Source of the DNA: an uncultured delta proteobacterium
GTDB lineage: Bacteria; Myxococcota; Kuafuiibacteriia; Kuafuiibacteriales; Kuafuiibacteriaceae
DNA: 64,000 nt
NCBI GenBank assembly: GCA_963803435.1
Contig: CAWDML010000004.1
Location: 160,001 to 224,000, forward strand
Direction of reading: 5' to 3'
In this document: one piece after another, positions 19,806 through 29,949 of the stretch
Numbering within the stretch: the first letter of the stretch is position 1
Layout of the letters: each line of letters begins with the position of its first letter
Notes under the pieces: model-generated
Told to the model about the DNA's origin: nothing
Databases searched by the model: none
Seen by the model: the letters and a program-made list of their open reading frames with translations, nothing else
Translations under genes and position numbers: made by a program

Positions 19806-21599
19806 CTATTCCTCGTGGGCGCCCAGCCCCAGCATCGGTGAGTGGCGTCGCTCGATCACCCGGCCCTTGCCGTCGAACATGTGAACGCCGCAGGGCAGGC
19901 ACGGATCGAAGCTGCGGACGGTCCGCATGATGTCGATGCCCTTGAAGTCGTCGGCCTTGTTCTCCTCGAACAGCGGGAGCCCCTGCACCGCGTCCTCGTA
20001 CGGCCCCGGCGTGCCGAAGGCGTCGCGCGGGCTGGCGTTCCAGGGGGTCGGCGGATAGGGGTGGTAGTTCGCGATCTTGCCGTCCCGGATCACCAGATGA
20101 TGCGAGAGCACGCCGCGGACGGCTTCGTGGAAGCCGCAGCCGATCCCCTCGTCGGGCACCTCGAACGGCTGGAACGTCTTCAGGTCGCCGGCGTGGATAT
20201 GCGTGAACGCCTTCTCCACGAAGTACGTCGCCATGGCGGCGGCGTAGGCGATGAAGTATGCGCGCGCGCGATCCCGCTCGATGGTGTTGGACCAGCGGGG
20301 CACGTTCCACTCGAGCTGCATCTCGGGCATCGTCGCCGTCTTCGGCAGCGTGATCTCGACGCTCTTACCGGTGGCGCGCACGTACGGCGTATCGACCAGG
20401 TTCGCCAGCGCGGTCACCCAGAGGCGCGCCAGTGGGCCGCCGCCGGTGTCGAGCGCCAGGTGGTCGCCGGTTCGCTGGTCGTACCAGCGCGGGCTCATCA
20501 CCCAGCTGTACGGTCCGCCCTTCAGGTCGCGCTTCTGCGGCTTCGGGATCGTCGTCTGGTTCCAGGGGTGACGCTTGTCGACGGGGTTGCCCAGCGGATC
20601 CGTCTTCACGAACGTCTCTTCGCCCTCCCAGTCCTCGTAGTACGAGTTCCCGAGCAGGATCCGGATCCCCAGGTTGATGTCGACCAGGTCGGTCGTGATC
20701 AGCTTGCCGTCCACCACGATCCCCGGCGTCACGAACATCGCGCGGCCCCACTCGCTCATCGTCTCGTAGCGGTAGTCGACGACGTCGGGGTTCTGGAACG
20801 AGCCCCAGCATCCGAGCAGGATCCGGCGATCGCCCACCCGCTCGTAGCCGGGGAGCGCCTCGTAGAAGAAGTCGAAGATGTCGTCGTTCATCGGAACCAG
20901 CCGCTTGGCGAACTCGATGAAGCCGACCAGCCGTGAGAGGTAGTCCGTGAACACCTGCGGGGTGGCCACCGTGCCGGTGCCGCCGGGATAGAGCGTGGAG
21001 GGGTGCACGTGGCGGCCCTCCATCAGACAGAACATCTCCCGGGTCAGACGGCTCATCTGCAGCGCCTCGCGATACATCGCTCCGGTGAACGGGTTGAACG
21101 AACGCATGATGTCCGCGATGGTCCGGTGGCCGTGGATGTCGGCGTGGGGCGCCGAGGTCTGCTCCGCCTTGGCGAGCAGGCTCGGGTTGGTCTCCTTCAC
21201 CATGCGCTCGCAGAAGTCGACGAACACCAGGTTGTCCTGAAAGATCGCGTGATCGAACATGTACTCGGCCGCCTCACCGAGGTTGTAGATCCACTCGGCG
21301 AGCGGCGGCATCTTGATCCCGTACGCCATGTTCTGCGCGTACACCGAGCAGGTGGAGTGGTTGTCGCCGCAGATGCCGCAGATTCGGCTGGTGATGAAGT
21401 GCGCATCGCGCGGATCCTTGCCGCGCATGAACACGCTGTAGCCGCGGAACAGCGAGGAGGTGCTCTTGCACTCGACGACCTCTCGGTTCTCGAAGTCGAT
21501 CTTCGTATAGATGCCGAGGTTGCCGATGATCCGTGTGACCGGATCCCACGACATCTCGACGAGCTTCCGCTCCGGGGTGGACTCTACGGACACCGTCAT
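19806..21599 (-). CDS. hhyL: [NiFe]-hydrogenase large subunit, group 1h (Hhy) type
   Basis: L1 motif TSRICGICGDNH and L2 motif SFDPCLPCGVH, followed by a cleavable C-terminal extension. Confidence 0.92.
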   Translation of the reverse strand: MTVSVESTPERKLVEMSWDPVTRIIGNLGIYTKIDFENREVVECKSTSSLFRGYSVFMRGKDPRDAHFITSRICGICGDNHSTCSVYAQNMAYGIKMPPLAEWIYNLGEAAEYMFDHAIFQDNLVFVDFCERMVKETNPSLLAKAEQTSAPHADIHGHRTIADIMRSFNPFTGAMYREALQMSRLTREMFCLMEGRHVHPSTLYPGGTGTVATPQVFTDYLSRLVGFIEFAKRLVPMNDDIFDFFYEALPGYERVGDRRILLGCWGSFQNPDVVDYRYETMSEWGRAMFVTPGIVVDGKLITTDLVDINLGIRILLGNSYYEDWEGEETFVKTDPLGNPVDKRHPWNQTTIPKPQKRDLKGGPYSWVMSPRWYDQRTGDHLALDTGGGPLARLWVTALANLVDTPYVRATGKSVEITLPKTATMPEMQLEWNVPRWSNTIERDRARAYFIAYAAAMATYFVEKAFTHIHAGDLKTFQPFEVPDEGIGCGFHEAVRGVLSHHLVIRDGKIANYHPYPPTPWNASPRDAFGTPGPYEDAVQGLPLFEENKADDFKGIDIMRTVRSFDPCLPCGVHMFDGKGRVIERRHSPMLGLGAHEE

Positions 21600-21612
21600 C
21601 TTCTTCTCCTTC

Positions 21613-22650
21613 TCAGTGCGGCCAGCGGGGGCTGTATCCGCTCGTCAGCGCGCCCCGGTTGTGGTGCCAGCGGGGCTCCTTGTTGGCAGTGGCGTTCGTG
21701 AGGCTGCGGAGCCTCCGGATCAGCCTGCCGTACGGCTGAAGCAGCGTGGTCGAGACCGCGGCGCCGGGCGGCTCGTCCATGAACGGCATGAACTTGTCCG
21801 GGAAGCCGGGCATGGTGCAGCCGATGCAGATGCCGCCGACGTTCGGACAGCCGCCGATGCCCCCCATCCAGCCGCGCTTGGGGACGTTGCAGTTCACGAC
21901 CGGTCCCCAGCAGCCGACCTTCACCTGGCACTTCGGCGAGGTGTAATCGGCGGCGAAGTCGGCCTGCTCGTAGTACCCGGCGCGATCGCAGCCTTCGTGC
22001 ACGGTCTTGCCGAAGAGCCAGGTGGGGCGGAGCATGTCGTCGAGCGGGATCATCGGTGCGTCGCCGGCCGCCTGGCGGAGCAACCAGACGAGCGTCTCCA
22101 TGAAGTTGTCCGGCTGCACCGGGCAGCCCGGGATGTTCACGATCGGGATCCCGCCCTGCGAGCGGAAGCCCCAGCCGAGGTAGTCGGCGAGACCCATGCA
22201 GCCTGTCGGATTGCCGGCCATGGCGTGGATGCCGCCGTATGCGGCGCAGGTGCCGATGGCGATCACCGCCCAGGCCTTGGGCGCGAGCCGATCGATCCAC
22301 TCGTTGAGCGTGACCAGCTCCCCGGTCTTCGGATCGGTGCCGAACGAGCTCCAGTGACCGTCACCGTTGATGTGCTCGTTCGGGACCGAGCCCTCGAGCA
22401 CGAAGACGAAGGGACCCAGCTCGCCGCGCTCCGCCTTCCGGAAGTGCTCGACGAAGTCGTCGCCGGTCTCGTACGCCAGCACCTTGTTGTGGAGGTGCAC
22501 CCTGGGGATCCCGGGGATTGCGCCCATCAGGACATCCTCGATTGCAGGTTGGCTGGCGGCGGTCACCGACACCGTATCGCCGTCGCAGCTCATGCCTTCG
22601 GAGATCCACAGGATGTGAACCTCTTCGACTCCGGACTTGGTGGGTGGCAT
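21613..22650 (-). CDS. hhyS: [NiFe]-hydrogenase small subunit, group 1h type
   Basis: GMSCDGD, GTCAAYGG, PGCPVQPDNF, HEGCDR, GCWGP and GGICIGC; no Tat signal. Confidence 0.92.
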   Translation of the reverse strand: MPPTKSGVEEVHILWISEGMSCDGDTVSVTAASQPAIEDVLMGAIPGIPRVHLHNKVLAYETGDDFVEHFRKAERGELGPFVFVLEGSVPNEHINGDGHWSSFGTDPKTGELVTLNEWIDRLAPKAWAVIAIGTCAAYGGIHAMAGNPTGCMGLADYLGWGFRSQGGIPIVNIPGCPVQPDNFMETLVWLLRQAAGDAPMIPLDDMLRPTWLFGKTVHEGCDRAGYYEQADFAADYTSPKCQVKVGCWGPVVNCNVPKRGWMGGIGGCPNVGGICIGCTMPGFPDKFMPFMDEPPGAAVSTTLLQPYGRLIRRLRSLTNATANKEPRWHHNRGALTSGYSPRWPH

Positions 22651-22677
22651 CTCTTGCTCTTCTCCTTCTCGCGTCGA

Positions 22678-23739
22678 TCAGCAGATGCGCGGTAGCGGTT
22701 CGGCGAACGGCAGATCCAGGATCCGCCGGCCGGCGATCGGTGTTGTCAGATGGACGAGCTCCGGGTGGTCCGACGTGACGCGCCCGATCCGCGCCGCGTC
22801 GCGGCCCAGCGGGTGAGCGCGAAGGGCCGAGAGCGCTCGTTCGGCCTCCGCCTCGGGGACGAAGGCGACCAGCTTGCCCTCGTTGGCCACCAGGAAGGGA
22901 TCGAGGCCGAGCAGCTCGCAGGCGCCGCGCACGACCTCCCGCACGGGGACGGCGCGCTCGTCCACCTCGATCCCCAAACGGCGGCGCTTCGCGATCTCGA
23001 CCAGCGTGGCGGCGAGACCTCCGCGGGTCGGATCGCGCATCGCGTGGACGCCCGGGCAGTCGTCGAGCAGCGCCTCGGTCAGCTCCGAGAGGGGCGCGGT
23101 GTCGCTCTCGAGGTCGCCCTCGAGGTCGAGCCCCTCGCGGGCCGCCATGATCGCCATCCCGTGATCTCCGATCGTGCCCGAGACCAGGATCGCGTCGCCG
23201 GGACGGACCTCGGCGGACCCGAGCCGGCGCCCGGGAGGCACCCGGCCGACGCCCGAGGTGTTGATGAAGACGCCGTCGCCGTTGCCGCGCCCCACCACCT
23301 TGGTATCGCCCGTGACGATCGAGATGCCGGCGCGATCGGCGGCACGGCGCGCCGACGTCACCACCCGGCGGAGGTCGTCGAGCGGCAGGCCCTCCTCGAG
23401 GATGAACGCGAGCGAGAGCGCGATCGGCCGTGCGCCGCTGACCGCGAGATCGTTGACGGTCCCGTTCACCGCCAGCTCCCCGATGTCCCCGCCGGGGAAG
23501 AAGATCGGGCTGACCACATACGAGTCGGTGGTGAGCGCGATCCGTCCTCCGCCCTCGAAGGGCAGCAGGGCGGCGTCGTCGAGCGTGTCGAGCACCGGGT
23601 TGCCGAACACCGGCAAGATGAGCTCTTCGAGCAGCTGTCCGGTCAGGCGACCGCCGCTCCCGTGCCCGAGAAGCACGTGCTCGGTCCGATGGCTGGGGAC
23701 CGGGCAGGCGCCGAAGGGGGACAGCGGGCTAGAGGACAT
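22678..23739 (-). CDS. hypE: Hydrogenase maturation protein HypE
   Basis: GHGSGG, TTDSYVVSPIFFPGGDIG, MRDPTRGG and terminal PRIC. Confidence 0.96.
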   Translation of the reverse strand: MSSSPLSPFGACPVPSHRTEHVLLGHGSGGRLTGQLLEELILPVFGNPVLDTLDDAALLPFEGGGRIALTTDSYVVSPIFFPGGDIGELAVNGTVNDLAVSGARPIALSLAFILEEGLPLDDLRRVVTSARRAADRAGISIVTGDTKVVGRGNGDGVFINTSGVGRVPPGRRLGSAEVRPGDAILVSGTIGDHGMAIMAAREGLDLEGDLESDTAPLSELTEALLDDCPGVHAMRDPTRGGLAATLVEIAKRRRLGIEVDERAVPVREVVRGACELLGLDPFLVANEGKLVAFVPEAEAERALSALRAHPLGRDAARIGRVTSDHPELVHLTTPIAGRRILDLPFAEPLPRIC

Positions 23740-24310
23740 CGTCCTCTCCCAGGGCGACGTGGGCCTGATCCCACAAGAGGTGGAGGAGGAGGGTGTGCGT
23801 CTCCTGGATGCGATGGATCGACCAGGACGGCACCACGAACACGTGATCGCAGAGGTCGACCATCCCGCCGCCGTCGCGGCCGGCGAATCCGACTGTGAGC
23901 AGACCGCGCTCGCGGGCGCGCCGGAGCGCGCGGTTGATGTTCGCGGAGGCGCCCGAGGTCGAGATGGCGAGGACCACGTCGTTGGCCTGCGCGGTCACGT
24001 CGAGCTGCTGCACGAACACCTGTGAGAAGTCGCGATCGTTTCCGATCGCGGTGAGCAACGCCGTGTCGCTCGGAAGCGAGATCGCCGGGAAGGCCCGGCG
24101 CTTCTCCATGATCGGGTGCTGAAACTCGACGGCGGCGTGCTGGGCGTCGCACGCGGAGCCGCCGTTGCCCATCGCCAGGAGACGTCCGCCCTCGGCGAGG
24201 CGAGACGCGAGCTCGTGGGCGCAGCGCTCCAGGTCGTCGGCGTGCTCCTGGAGGAAGCGCAGCTGCAGCTCAGCGCTCTCCTTCGACTTGCGGAGGATCG
24301 CGTCCCTCAC
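23729..24310 (-). CDS. SIS-domain protein (GmhA/phosphoheptose isomerase-like) within the hyp operon
   Basis: [19 protein letters not shown] and RIQE..H; GTGA overlap with the hypD stop. Confidence 0.85.
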   Translation of the reverse strand: MRDAILRKSKESAELQLRFLQEHADDLERCAHELASRLAEGGRLLAMGNGGSACDAQHAAVEFQHPIMEKRRAFPAISLPSDTALLTAIGNDRDFSQVFVQQLDVTAQANDVVLAISTSGASANINRALRRARERGLLTVGFAGRDGGGMVDLCDHVFVVPSWSIHRIQETHTLLLHLLWDQAHVALGEDDVL

Positions 24311-25410
24311 GTCATCACCTCCAACCCGCGGCGGCCGTACTGGTAGTAGGCGGCGCAGGCGCCCTCGGCGGAGACCATGGTCGCGCCGAGCGGCGTGTTG
24401 GGGGTGCACTGATTCCCGAACGCGGGGCAGTCGCAAGGCTTCCGCTGGCCGCGGAGCACCTGCCCGCTGATGCAGATCTCCGGCTCCTCGGTGGTGATGT
24501 TCTCCACCTCGAAGAGCCGATCGGCGTCGTGCTCGCGGTACTCGTACGCGACCCGGTAGCCCGACTTGGCGATGGAGCCGACGCCACGCCACTTGCGATC
24601 GACGGTGTCGAAGACGCGGTCGATCAGCTCCTTCGCCGCTGCGTTCCCGTCGCGCGAGACCGTGCGTGCGTACTGGTTCTCGACCTCCGCCCGGCCGCGC
24701 TCGAGCTGGCCCACCGCCATCCGGATCCCGTCCAGGAGATCGATCGGCTCGAACCCGGTCACGACGATCGGGACGCGATAGCGGCGCGCAAGCGCCTCGT
24801 ACGGTCGATACCCCATCACGGCGCACACGTGCCCCGGCCCGAGAAAGGCTTGAACCCGGTTGTCAGGAGCCTGCAGGATCGCGGCCATCGCCGGAGGAAC
24901 CAGGACGTGGGACACCAGCATGGAGAAGTTCCGCACGCCGAGGCGCTTTGCCTGGAACAGGGTCATCGCGTTGGCCGGTGCGGTGGTCTCGAAACCGATC
25001 CCGAAGAACACCACGCGGCGCTCGGGATGGGTGCGCGCGATCTGGAGCGCGTCGAGCGGCGAGTAGACCACGCGAACGTCCGCGCCGTGCGCCTTCAGCG
25101 AGAGCAGATCGCCGTGGGATCCGGGGACGCGCAGCATGTCTCCGAAGGAAGTGAAGATGACGTCCTCCCTCGACGCGATCGCATGCGCGCGATCGATGGT
25201 CTCGAGGGCCGTGACGCAGACCGGACAGCCGGGTCCGTGCACCAGCTCGATCTCCTCGGGGAGCATGCGATCGAGCCCGTATCGGACGATCGAGTGGGTT
25301 TGACCGCCGCAGACCTCCATGATCACCCAGGGCCGAGTCACGCTCCGCCGGATGCGGTCGAGCAGACCGGCGGCGACCTCGGGATCGCGGTACTCGTCGA
25401 GATACCTCAC
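24307..25410 (-). CDS. hypD: Hydrogenase maturation protein HypD
   Basis: [25 protein letters not shown] and [12 protein letters not shown]. Confidence 0.96.
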   Translation of the reverse strand: MRYLDEYRDPEVAAGLLDRIRRSVTRPWVIMEVCGGQTHSIVRYGLDRMLPEEIELVHGPGCPVCVTALETIDRAHAIASREDVIFTSFGDMLRVPGSHGDLLSLKAHGADVRVVYSPLDALQIARTHPERRVVFFGIGFETTAPANAMTLFQAKRLGVRNFSMLVSHVLVPPAMAAILQAPDNRVQAFLGPGHVCAVMGYRPYEALARRYRVPIVVTGFEPIDLLDGIRMAVGQLERGRAEVENQYARTVSRDGNAAAKELIDRVFDTVDRKWRGVGSIAKSGYRVAYEYREHDADRLFEVENITTEEPEICISGQVLRGQRKPCDCPAFGNQCTPNTPLGATMVSAEGACAAYYQYGRRGLEVMT

Positions 25411-25649
25411 GGCGCGACCTCGGCGGTCTGGCCGATGACCTCGAGCACCTCCCAGGCGCGCTCGGCCTCCTCACGATCGATCCTTGCGATCGCGAAGCCG
25501 ACATGGACCAGCACGAAGTCGCCGACCTCGGCGTCGGGTTGGTAGTCGAGACAGACGTCGCGAATGATGCCGCCGAAGCGGACGCGGCCGAACCGCAGCC
25601 CATGCTTCTGGTGAAGCTCGATGATCTCTCCTGGGATGCCGAGACACAT
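25407..25649 (-). CDS. hypC: Hydrogenase maturation chaperone HypC
   Basis: MCLGIPG start and [13 protein letters not shown]. Confidence 0.95.
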   Translation of the reverse strand: MCLGIPGEIIELHQKHGLRFGRVRFGGIIRDVCLDYQPDAEVGDFVLVHVGFAIARIDREEAERAWEVLEVIGQTAEVAP

Positions 25650-25772
25650 TCTTCGATCACGATTCGAGGCGCCGACCCGCGGCGTCAACGAGGCGTCTCG
25701 CTGCGTGGCGAGCATGCAGTAGCCAGATCGCTCCGTTGACAGCGCACCTCGTCGGCTCGCCATGCTGGACTC
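25650..25772. promoter_or_regulatory. Divergent promoter region of the hydrogenase locus
   Basis: Plus strand: TTGACA (25736-25741) and CATGCT (25761-25766), 6 nt before the hypA GTG. Minus strand: TTGACG (25688-25683) facing hypC. Confidence 0.45.
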
Positions 25773-26006
25773 GTGCATGAGCTCGCCCTGATGGAGAGCC
25801 TCGTTACGACGGTCGAGGAGAACGTGGGAGCTGCGCGCGTGACTGCGGTGCGGCTAGAGGTTGGCAAGCTGGCTTGCGTCGCCCCGGAGGCGCTCCGGTT
25901 TTGCTTCGACGTCTGCGCGCAGGGGACGTGCCTCGAGGGCGCTCGGCTCGAGATCCTCGACCTTCCCGGCGAAGAGCTGCGTCTGAAAGACGTGGAGGTG
26001 ATCTGA
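25773..26006 (+). CDS. hypA: Nickel chaperone HypA, short form lacking the CxxC..CPxC zinc module
   Basis: MHE N-terminus, VG.L..V.PEALRFCF, EGARLEI and C-terminal GEELRLKDVEV; only 77 aa. Confidence 0.88.
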   Translation: MHELALMESLVTTVEENVGAARVTAVRLEVGKLACVAPEALRFCFDVCAQGTCLEGARLEILDLPGEELRLKDVEVI

Positions 26007-26007
26007 C

Positions 26008-26751
26008 ATGTGCGCGATCTGCGGCTGCGAAGGCGACCACGATCATGACCATCACCATCACCACGACCACCCGCATCCGCATCCCCAGGTGAAGCGGCTC
26101 GCGGTCGACCTGCTGGCGAAGAACGATCGCGCGGCCGAGCGAAACCGGGGGTGGCTGCGGTCGCGCGGGATCGCGGCGCTGAACCTGATGGGGACGCCCG
26201 GCGCGGGGAAGACGACGCTCCTCGAGCGGACGATCCGGAGGCTGTTCGCGGAGATGGCCATCGGCGTGCTCGAGGGAGACCAGGAGACGGACAGGGACGC
26301 AGCGCGTATCCGCGCCACCGGGGCGCCGGTCGTTCAGGTCAATACGGGGGCCGGCTGTCACCTGGACGCGGAGATGGTGTTCGCGGGTCTTGCGGAGCTG
26401 CCGCTGCCGTCCGGAGCCCTACTCATGATCGAGAACGTGGGCAACCTGGTGTGCCCGGCGATGTTCGATCTGGGAGAGCGGGCCAAGGTGGTGGTGATGT
26501 CGACGACGGAAGGCGAGGACAAGCCGCTCAAGTATCCTCACATGTTCCGTGCGGCCGATCTGCTGGTGATCAACAAGATCGATCTGGTCCCCCACCTCGA
26601 GATCGACCTCGACGCGCTGGTGGGGAACGCCAAGGAGATCAAGCCGGAGCTGGACGTGCTGCAGGTCTCCGCGACGCGCGACGTCGGGCTCGACGCCTGG
26701 TGCCGCTGGATCCGCGCGCGGGTTCCGGCGCGGAGGGAAATGCGGACGTGA
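26008..26751 (+). CDS. hypB: Hydrogenase nickel-incorporation GTPase HypB
   Basis: N-terminal CxxCGC and His-rich tract, GAGKTT, CHLDA, ENVGNLVCP, EGEDKPLKYP and NKID. Confidence 0.96.
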   Translation: MCAICGCEGDHDHDHHHHHDHPHPHPQVKRLAVDLLAKNDRAAERNRGWLRSRGIAALNLMGTPGAGKTTLLERTIRRLFAEMAIGVLEGDQETDRDAARIRATGAPVVQVNTGAGCHLDAEMVFAGLAELPLPSGALLMIENVGNLVCPAMFDLGERAKVVVMSTTEGEDKPLKYPHMFRAADLLVINKIDLVPHLEIDLDALVGNAKEIKPELDVLQVSATRDVGLDAWCRWIRARVPARREMRT

Positions 26752-27597
26752 GCAGCCCGGGCGAGAGGGCGCGAGCCCGAGAGGATGCCGATCGGATCGA
26801 GCGCTTACTCGAGGACGTGCAGACGCTGGTCGGACCGATCGCCTGGCCGCGGGTCGAGGAGCTGCTCGAGCGCGTGATGCGGTTTCACGGGGAGGCGATC
26901 GAGCGCGTGCTGGCGATCGGCGTCGACTCCTCGTCGGCGCCGGACCTCTTCCAGACGCGCCTGTGTGACGACGATCTGGCTGCCGGCCTGCTGCTGCTTC
27001 ACGGGCTTCATCCGGCTCCGGCGACGAAGCGCATCGAGGACGCGCTCGACGAGGTTCGCCCGTACCTCTCCTCTCACGGGGGCGGCGTCGAGATGCTTGG
27101 CCTCGAGCCCGACGGGACCGCACGGCTCCGGCTGGTCGGAGGCTGTCACGGATGTCCGTCGTCGCAGGCGACGATCGAGGGCGCGATCGAGCGGGCGGTC
27201 GTCGAGGCGGCGCCGGAGGTGACGCGGGTGGCGGTGGAGGGGGAGGCCGAGGCTCCCGAGGCGCTGATCCGGATCGGGTCCCGAAAGGATTGGCGCACGC
27301 GCTGGTGGCCGCTCGAGGCGGACATCCCGGCCGGAGCCCGCCGCGCGCTGGTCGTGGAGGGCGTCCCGATCCTGGTGCTCAGCCTGGGCGAGGTTTTGGT
27401 CGCCTACCGGAACGCCTGCGCCGCCTGCGGAGCACCGCTCGACCAGGCCGCGCTGAGCGAGACCTCGAATCGAGTGCGCCTGCGGGGCCCGGTTCGACGT
27501 CGCGCGGGCGGGCCGCGGTCGGGGCGCGCATCTCGAGCCGTTTCCGCTCTTGGGCTCGGGCGGATCGGTGCGCGTCGCGCTTCCGGAGGCCGGGTGA
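26748..27597 (+). CDS. NifU-like/Rieske-like Fe-S protein of group 1h loci (apparent frameshift near 27468)
   Basis: LLLLHGLHP, VRPYLSSHGGGVE and GCHGCPSS (NifU-C), then YRNACAAC. Removing one A at GAATC 27467-27471 gives IECACGARFDV...LEPFPLL ending at TGA 27597. Confidence 0.8.
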
Positions 27598-28241
27598 TCG
27601 GCATCCCCGCGCTCGCGCGTTACGCCCAACGAGGCGCGAAGGACGACGGGCCCACCGCCGGTGTCTGTGAGCTGTGCGGCGCTCTGCTCTCCGAGCCGCA
27701 CGCGCACGTGGTCGATCTCGACCGCCGCGTGCTCGACTGTGCCTGTCGCGCCTGCGCCCTGCTCTTCGAGAAGCCGGGCGCAGCGAAGGGCCGCTACCGG
27801 ACCGTCCCCGACCGCGTGCGCGTCGACCGGTCGTTCACGCTGAGCGAGTCGGCGTGGTCGAGCCTCCGCGTTCCGGTGCGGCTGGCGTTCCTGTTCTTCA
27901 ACTCCTCGCTCGAGCGCTGGGTCGCGTTCTATCCCAGCCCGGCAGGCACGACCGAGTCGGAGCTGGCGCTGGAAGCGTTCGGCGAGGTCTTCGCCGCCAG
28001 CGCCCTGGTGGCGGCGGCGCAGCCGGACGTGGAGGCGATCCTGGTCTACGGCGAGCGCGGCGCCGAGACGCTCGACCACTGGCTGGTGCCGATCGACGTC
28101 TGCTACGACCTGGTGGCGCGGGTCCGCCGGAGCTTCGCCGGCTTCGACGGTGGACCGAAGCTCCGCGCCGACCTCGACATGTTCTTCGCGGCGCTCCGCG
28201 CCAGGAGCCGCGAGATCGATCGGAGCCGAGGGAGACCATGA
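27594..28241 (+). CDS. Hydrogenase-associated protein, DUF5947-like
   Basis: CELC..H.H, CACRACALLF and FYPSPAGTTESEL; GTGA overlap with the upstream gene. Confidence 0.8.
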   Translation: MIGIPALARYAQRGAKDDGPTAGVCELCGALLSEPHAHVVDLDRRVLDCACRACALLFEKPGAAKGRYRTVPDRVRVDRSFTLSESAWSSLRVPVRLAFLFFNSSLERWVAFYPSPAGTTESELALEAFGEVFAASALVAAAQPDVEAILVYGERGAETLDHWLVPIDVCYDLVARVRRSFAGFDGGPKLRADLDMFFAALRARSREIDRSRGRP

Positions 28242-29485
28242 GGTTCGAGCGGGCGCGGCAGCTCGCGGACGCGGTGCTGCTCGAGGGCTACGTGCTGTAT
28301 CCATATCGAGCGTCCTCGGCGAAGAATCGGTTCCGGTGGACCTTCGGGGTGCTCGCGCCCAAGGCGTGGACCGAGGCCGGAGGCTGTGAGGCCTGGTGGA
28401 TGGAGTCGGCCAGCCTGCTCGAGCCGGGTAGCCGCCTGCAACTCGAGCTGCGATTTCTTCAAGTACAGCGCCGGCGGGTGCTGAGCGGCGATCGGGACGT
28501 CGAGTCCATCGAGGTGGACGGCCGCCTGCTGATCCCCTTCGAGGAGGGGGTCGTCCATGAGCTCGACTTCGAGCACGAGGTCGGCGACGGAGAGCGCGCG
28601 ATCCCGTTCGAGGTGGAGGGGGGAGAGGACCGCGAGGAGATCGAGAGCGTCGACGGTCGGATCCGCGCGCGGGTGATCCGCGAGCGCGCCTCGATCTCCG
28701 GGCGTGTCGTGATCCGAACCGCGCCCGCGCCGGCCGAGCGGCCGCTGCTGCACGTCCGCATCCGCGTCGAGAACACGACACCGGACGTGGACCTCCAGGC
28801 GCACCGCGAGGTGGTCGTGCTCCGGTCGCTGGTCTCCGCTCACCTGCTGATCGGCGCGGACGACGGGCGTTTCGTCTCGCTCCTGGATCCGCCGGAGTGG
28901 GCGCAGGCGGCGGTATCCCGGTGCAAGAATGTCCGCACGTTTCCGGTGCTCGTCGGCGATCCGGCGCGGAGCGACGTCCTCTTGTCGTCGCCGATCGTCC
29001 TCTACGACCACCCGCGGATCGCGCCCGAGAGCCCGGGCGACTTCTTCGATGCGACCGAGGTCGACGAGATGCTGGCGCTCCGCACGATGACGCTCACCGA
29101 TGAAGAGAAGCGTCAGGCGCGGGCTACGGACCGAAGAGCGGCCGAGATTGTCGATCGGATCGAGGCGCTTCCTCCCGAGACGATGACGCGGCTGCACGGG
29201 GCGCTCCGCGAGCTCAGAAACGCCGAGATGGTGCCGCGCGCGCCTCGGCTCCGACCCGGGCTCCGCGTCCGCCTTCGCCCCGGGCACCGGCGAACCGACG
29301 CGCAGGATCTGCTCTACGCGGGCATGGTGGCGACGATCGAGGAGGTGAAGGTCGACATCGACGGCCAGCAGATCCTGGCGGTCACCATCGACGACGATCC
29401 GGCGGCCGAGCTGCACCGGTGGTACGGACGCTTCCACTACTACTATCCCGACGAGGTCGAGGCGATCGAGGAGGTCCGCACGTGA
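28238..29485 (+). CDS. Conserved group 1h hydrogenase-associated hypothetical protein
   Basis: ADAVLLEGYVLYPYRASSAKN..RW.FG, LSSPIVLYDHPRIAPESPGD.FD.TE.DE.L.LR.MTLTDEEK, and an SH3-like tail (RRTDAQD); ATGA overlap. Confidence 0.82.
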   Translation: MRFERARQLADAVLLEGYVLYPYRASSAKNRFRWTFGVLAPKAWTEAGGCEAWWMESASLLEPGSRLQLELRFLQVQRRRVLSGDRDVESIEVDGRLLIPFEEGVVHELDFEHEVGDGERAIPFEVEGGEDREEIESVDGRIRARVIRERASISGRVVIRTAPAPAERPLLHVRIRVENTTPDVDLQAHREVVVLRSLVSAHLLIGADDGRFVSLLDPPEWAQAAVSRCKNVRTFPVLVGDPARSDVLLSSPIVLYDHPRIAPESPGDFFDATEVDEMLALRTMTLTDEEKRQARATDRRAAEIVDRIEALPPETMTRLHGALRELRNAEMVPRAPRLRPGLRVRLRPGHRRTDAQDLLYAGMVATIEEVKVDIDGQQILAVTIDDDPAAELHRWYGRFHYYYPDEVEAIEEVRT

Positions 29486-29949
29486 AACGGATCCTGGTCG
29501 CGGGCATCGGCAACGTCTTCAAGAACGACGACGCGTTCGGGGTCGAGGTGGCGAAGCGGCTGATGACGCGGGCGCCGCCGGCCCGCGTGGCCGACTTCGG
29601 GGTCCGCGGCGTCCACCTCGCGTACGAGCTCCTCGAGCCCCTCGATCTCCTCCTGGTCGCGGACGCCACCGCCCGCGGCGGCGCTCCCGGGACGCTCTAC
29701 GTGATCGAGCCGGAGCTCGGCCAGGAGGCGGAGTCTGGCGATCCCCATGGGATGCAGCTGGCGTCCGTGTTTTCGATGCTGCGCGCCCTCGGCGGCGCGC
29801 CGCCCAGAGTGCTGATCGTCGGCTGCGAGCCCGAGGACGTCGACGACGGCATGGCTTTGAGCCCGAGGGTCGAGCGCGCGATTGAGCCGGCGGTCGAGCT
29901 CGTCCTCCAGATCCTCGAGCGGGAACAAGGAGACCAAGATGAAGCATAG
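29482..29949 (+). CDS. Hydrogenase maturation endopeptidase (HyaD/HupD family)
   Basis: ILVAGIGNVF..DDAFG, DFGVRGVHLAY, PHGM and VGCEP. Confidence 0.92.
   Translation: MKRILVAGIGNVFKNDDAFGVEVAKRLMTRAPPARVADFGVRGVHLAYELLEPLDLLLVADATARGGAPGTLYVIEPELGQEAESGDPHGMQLASVFSMLRALGGAPPRVLIVGCEPEDVDDGMALSPRVERAIEPAVELVLQILEREQGDQDEA

Noticed and set aside
19806-21599. Selenocysteine ([NiFeSe]) hydrogenase
   Set aside because: The L2 motif is DPCLPC with ordinary Cys codons and no in-frame TGA.
26151-28241. 696-aa ORF suggesting a NifU-DUF5947 fusion
   Set aside because: It is produced by the +A at ~27468. Correcting it gives two genes with a GTGA overlap at 27594-27597.
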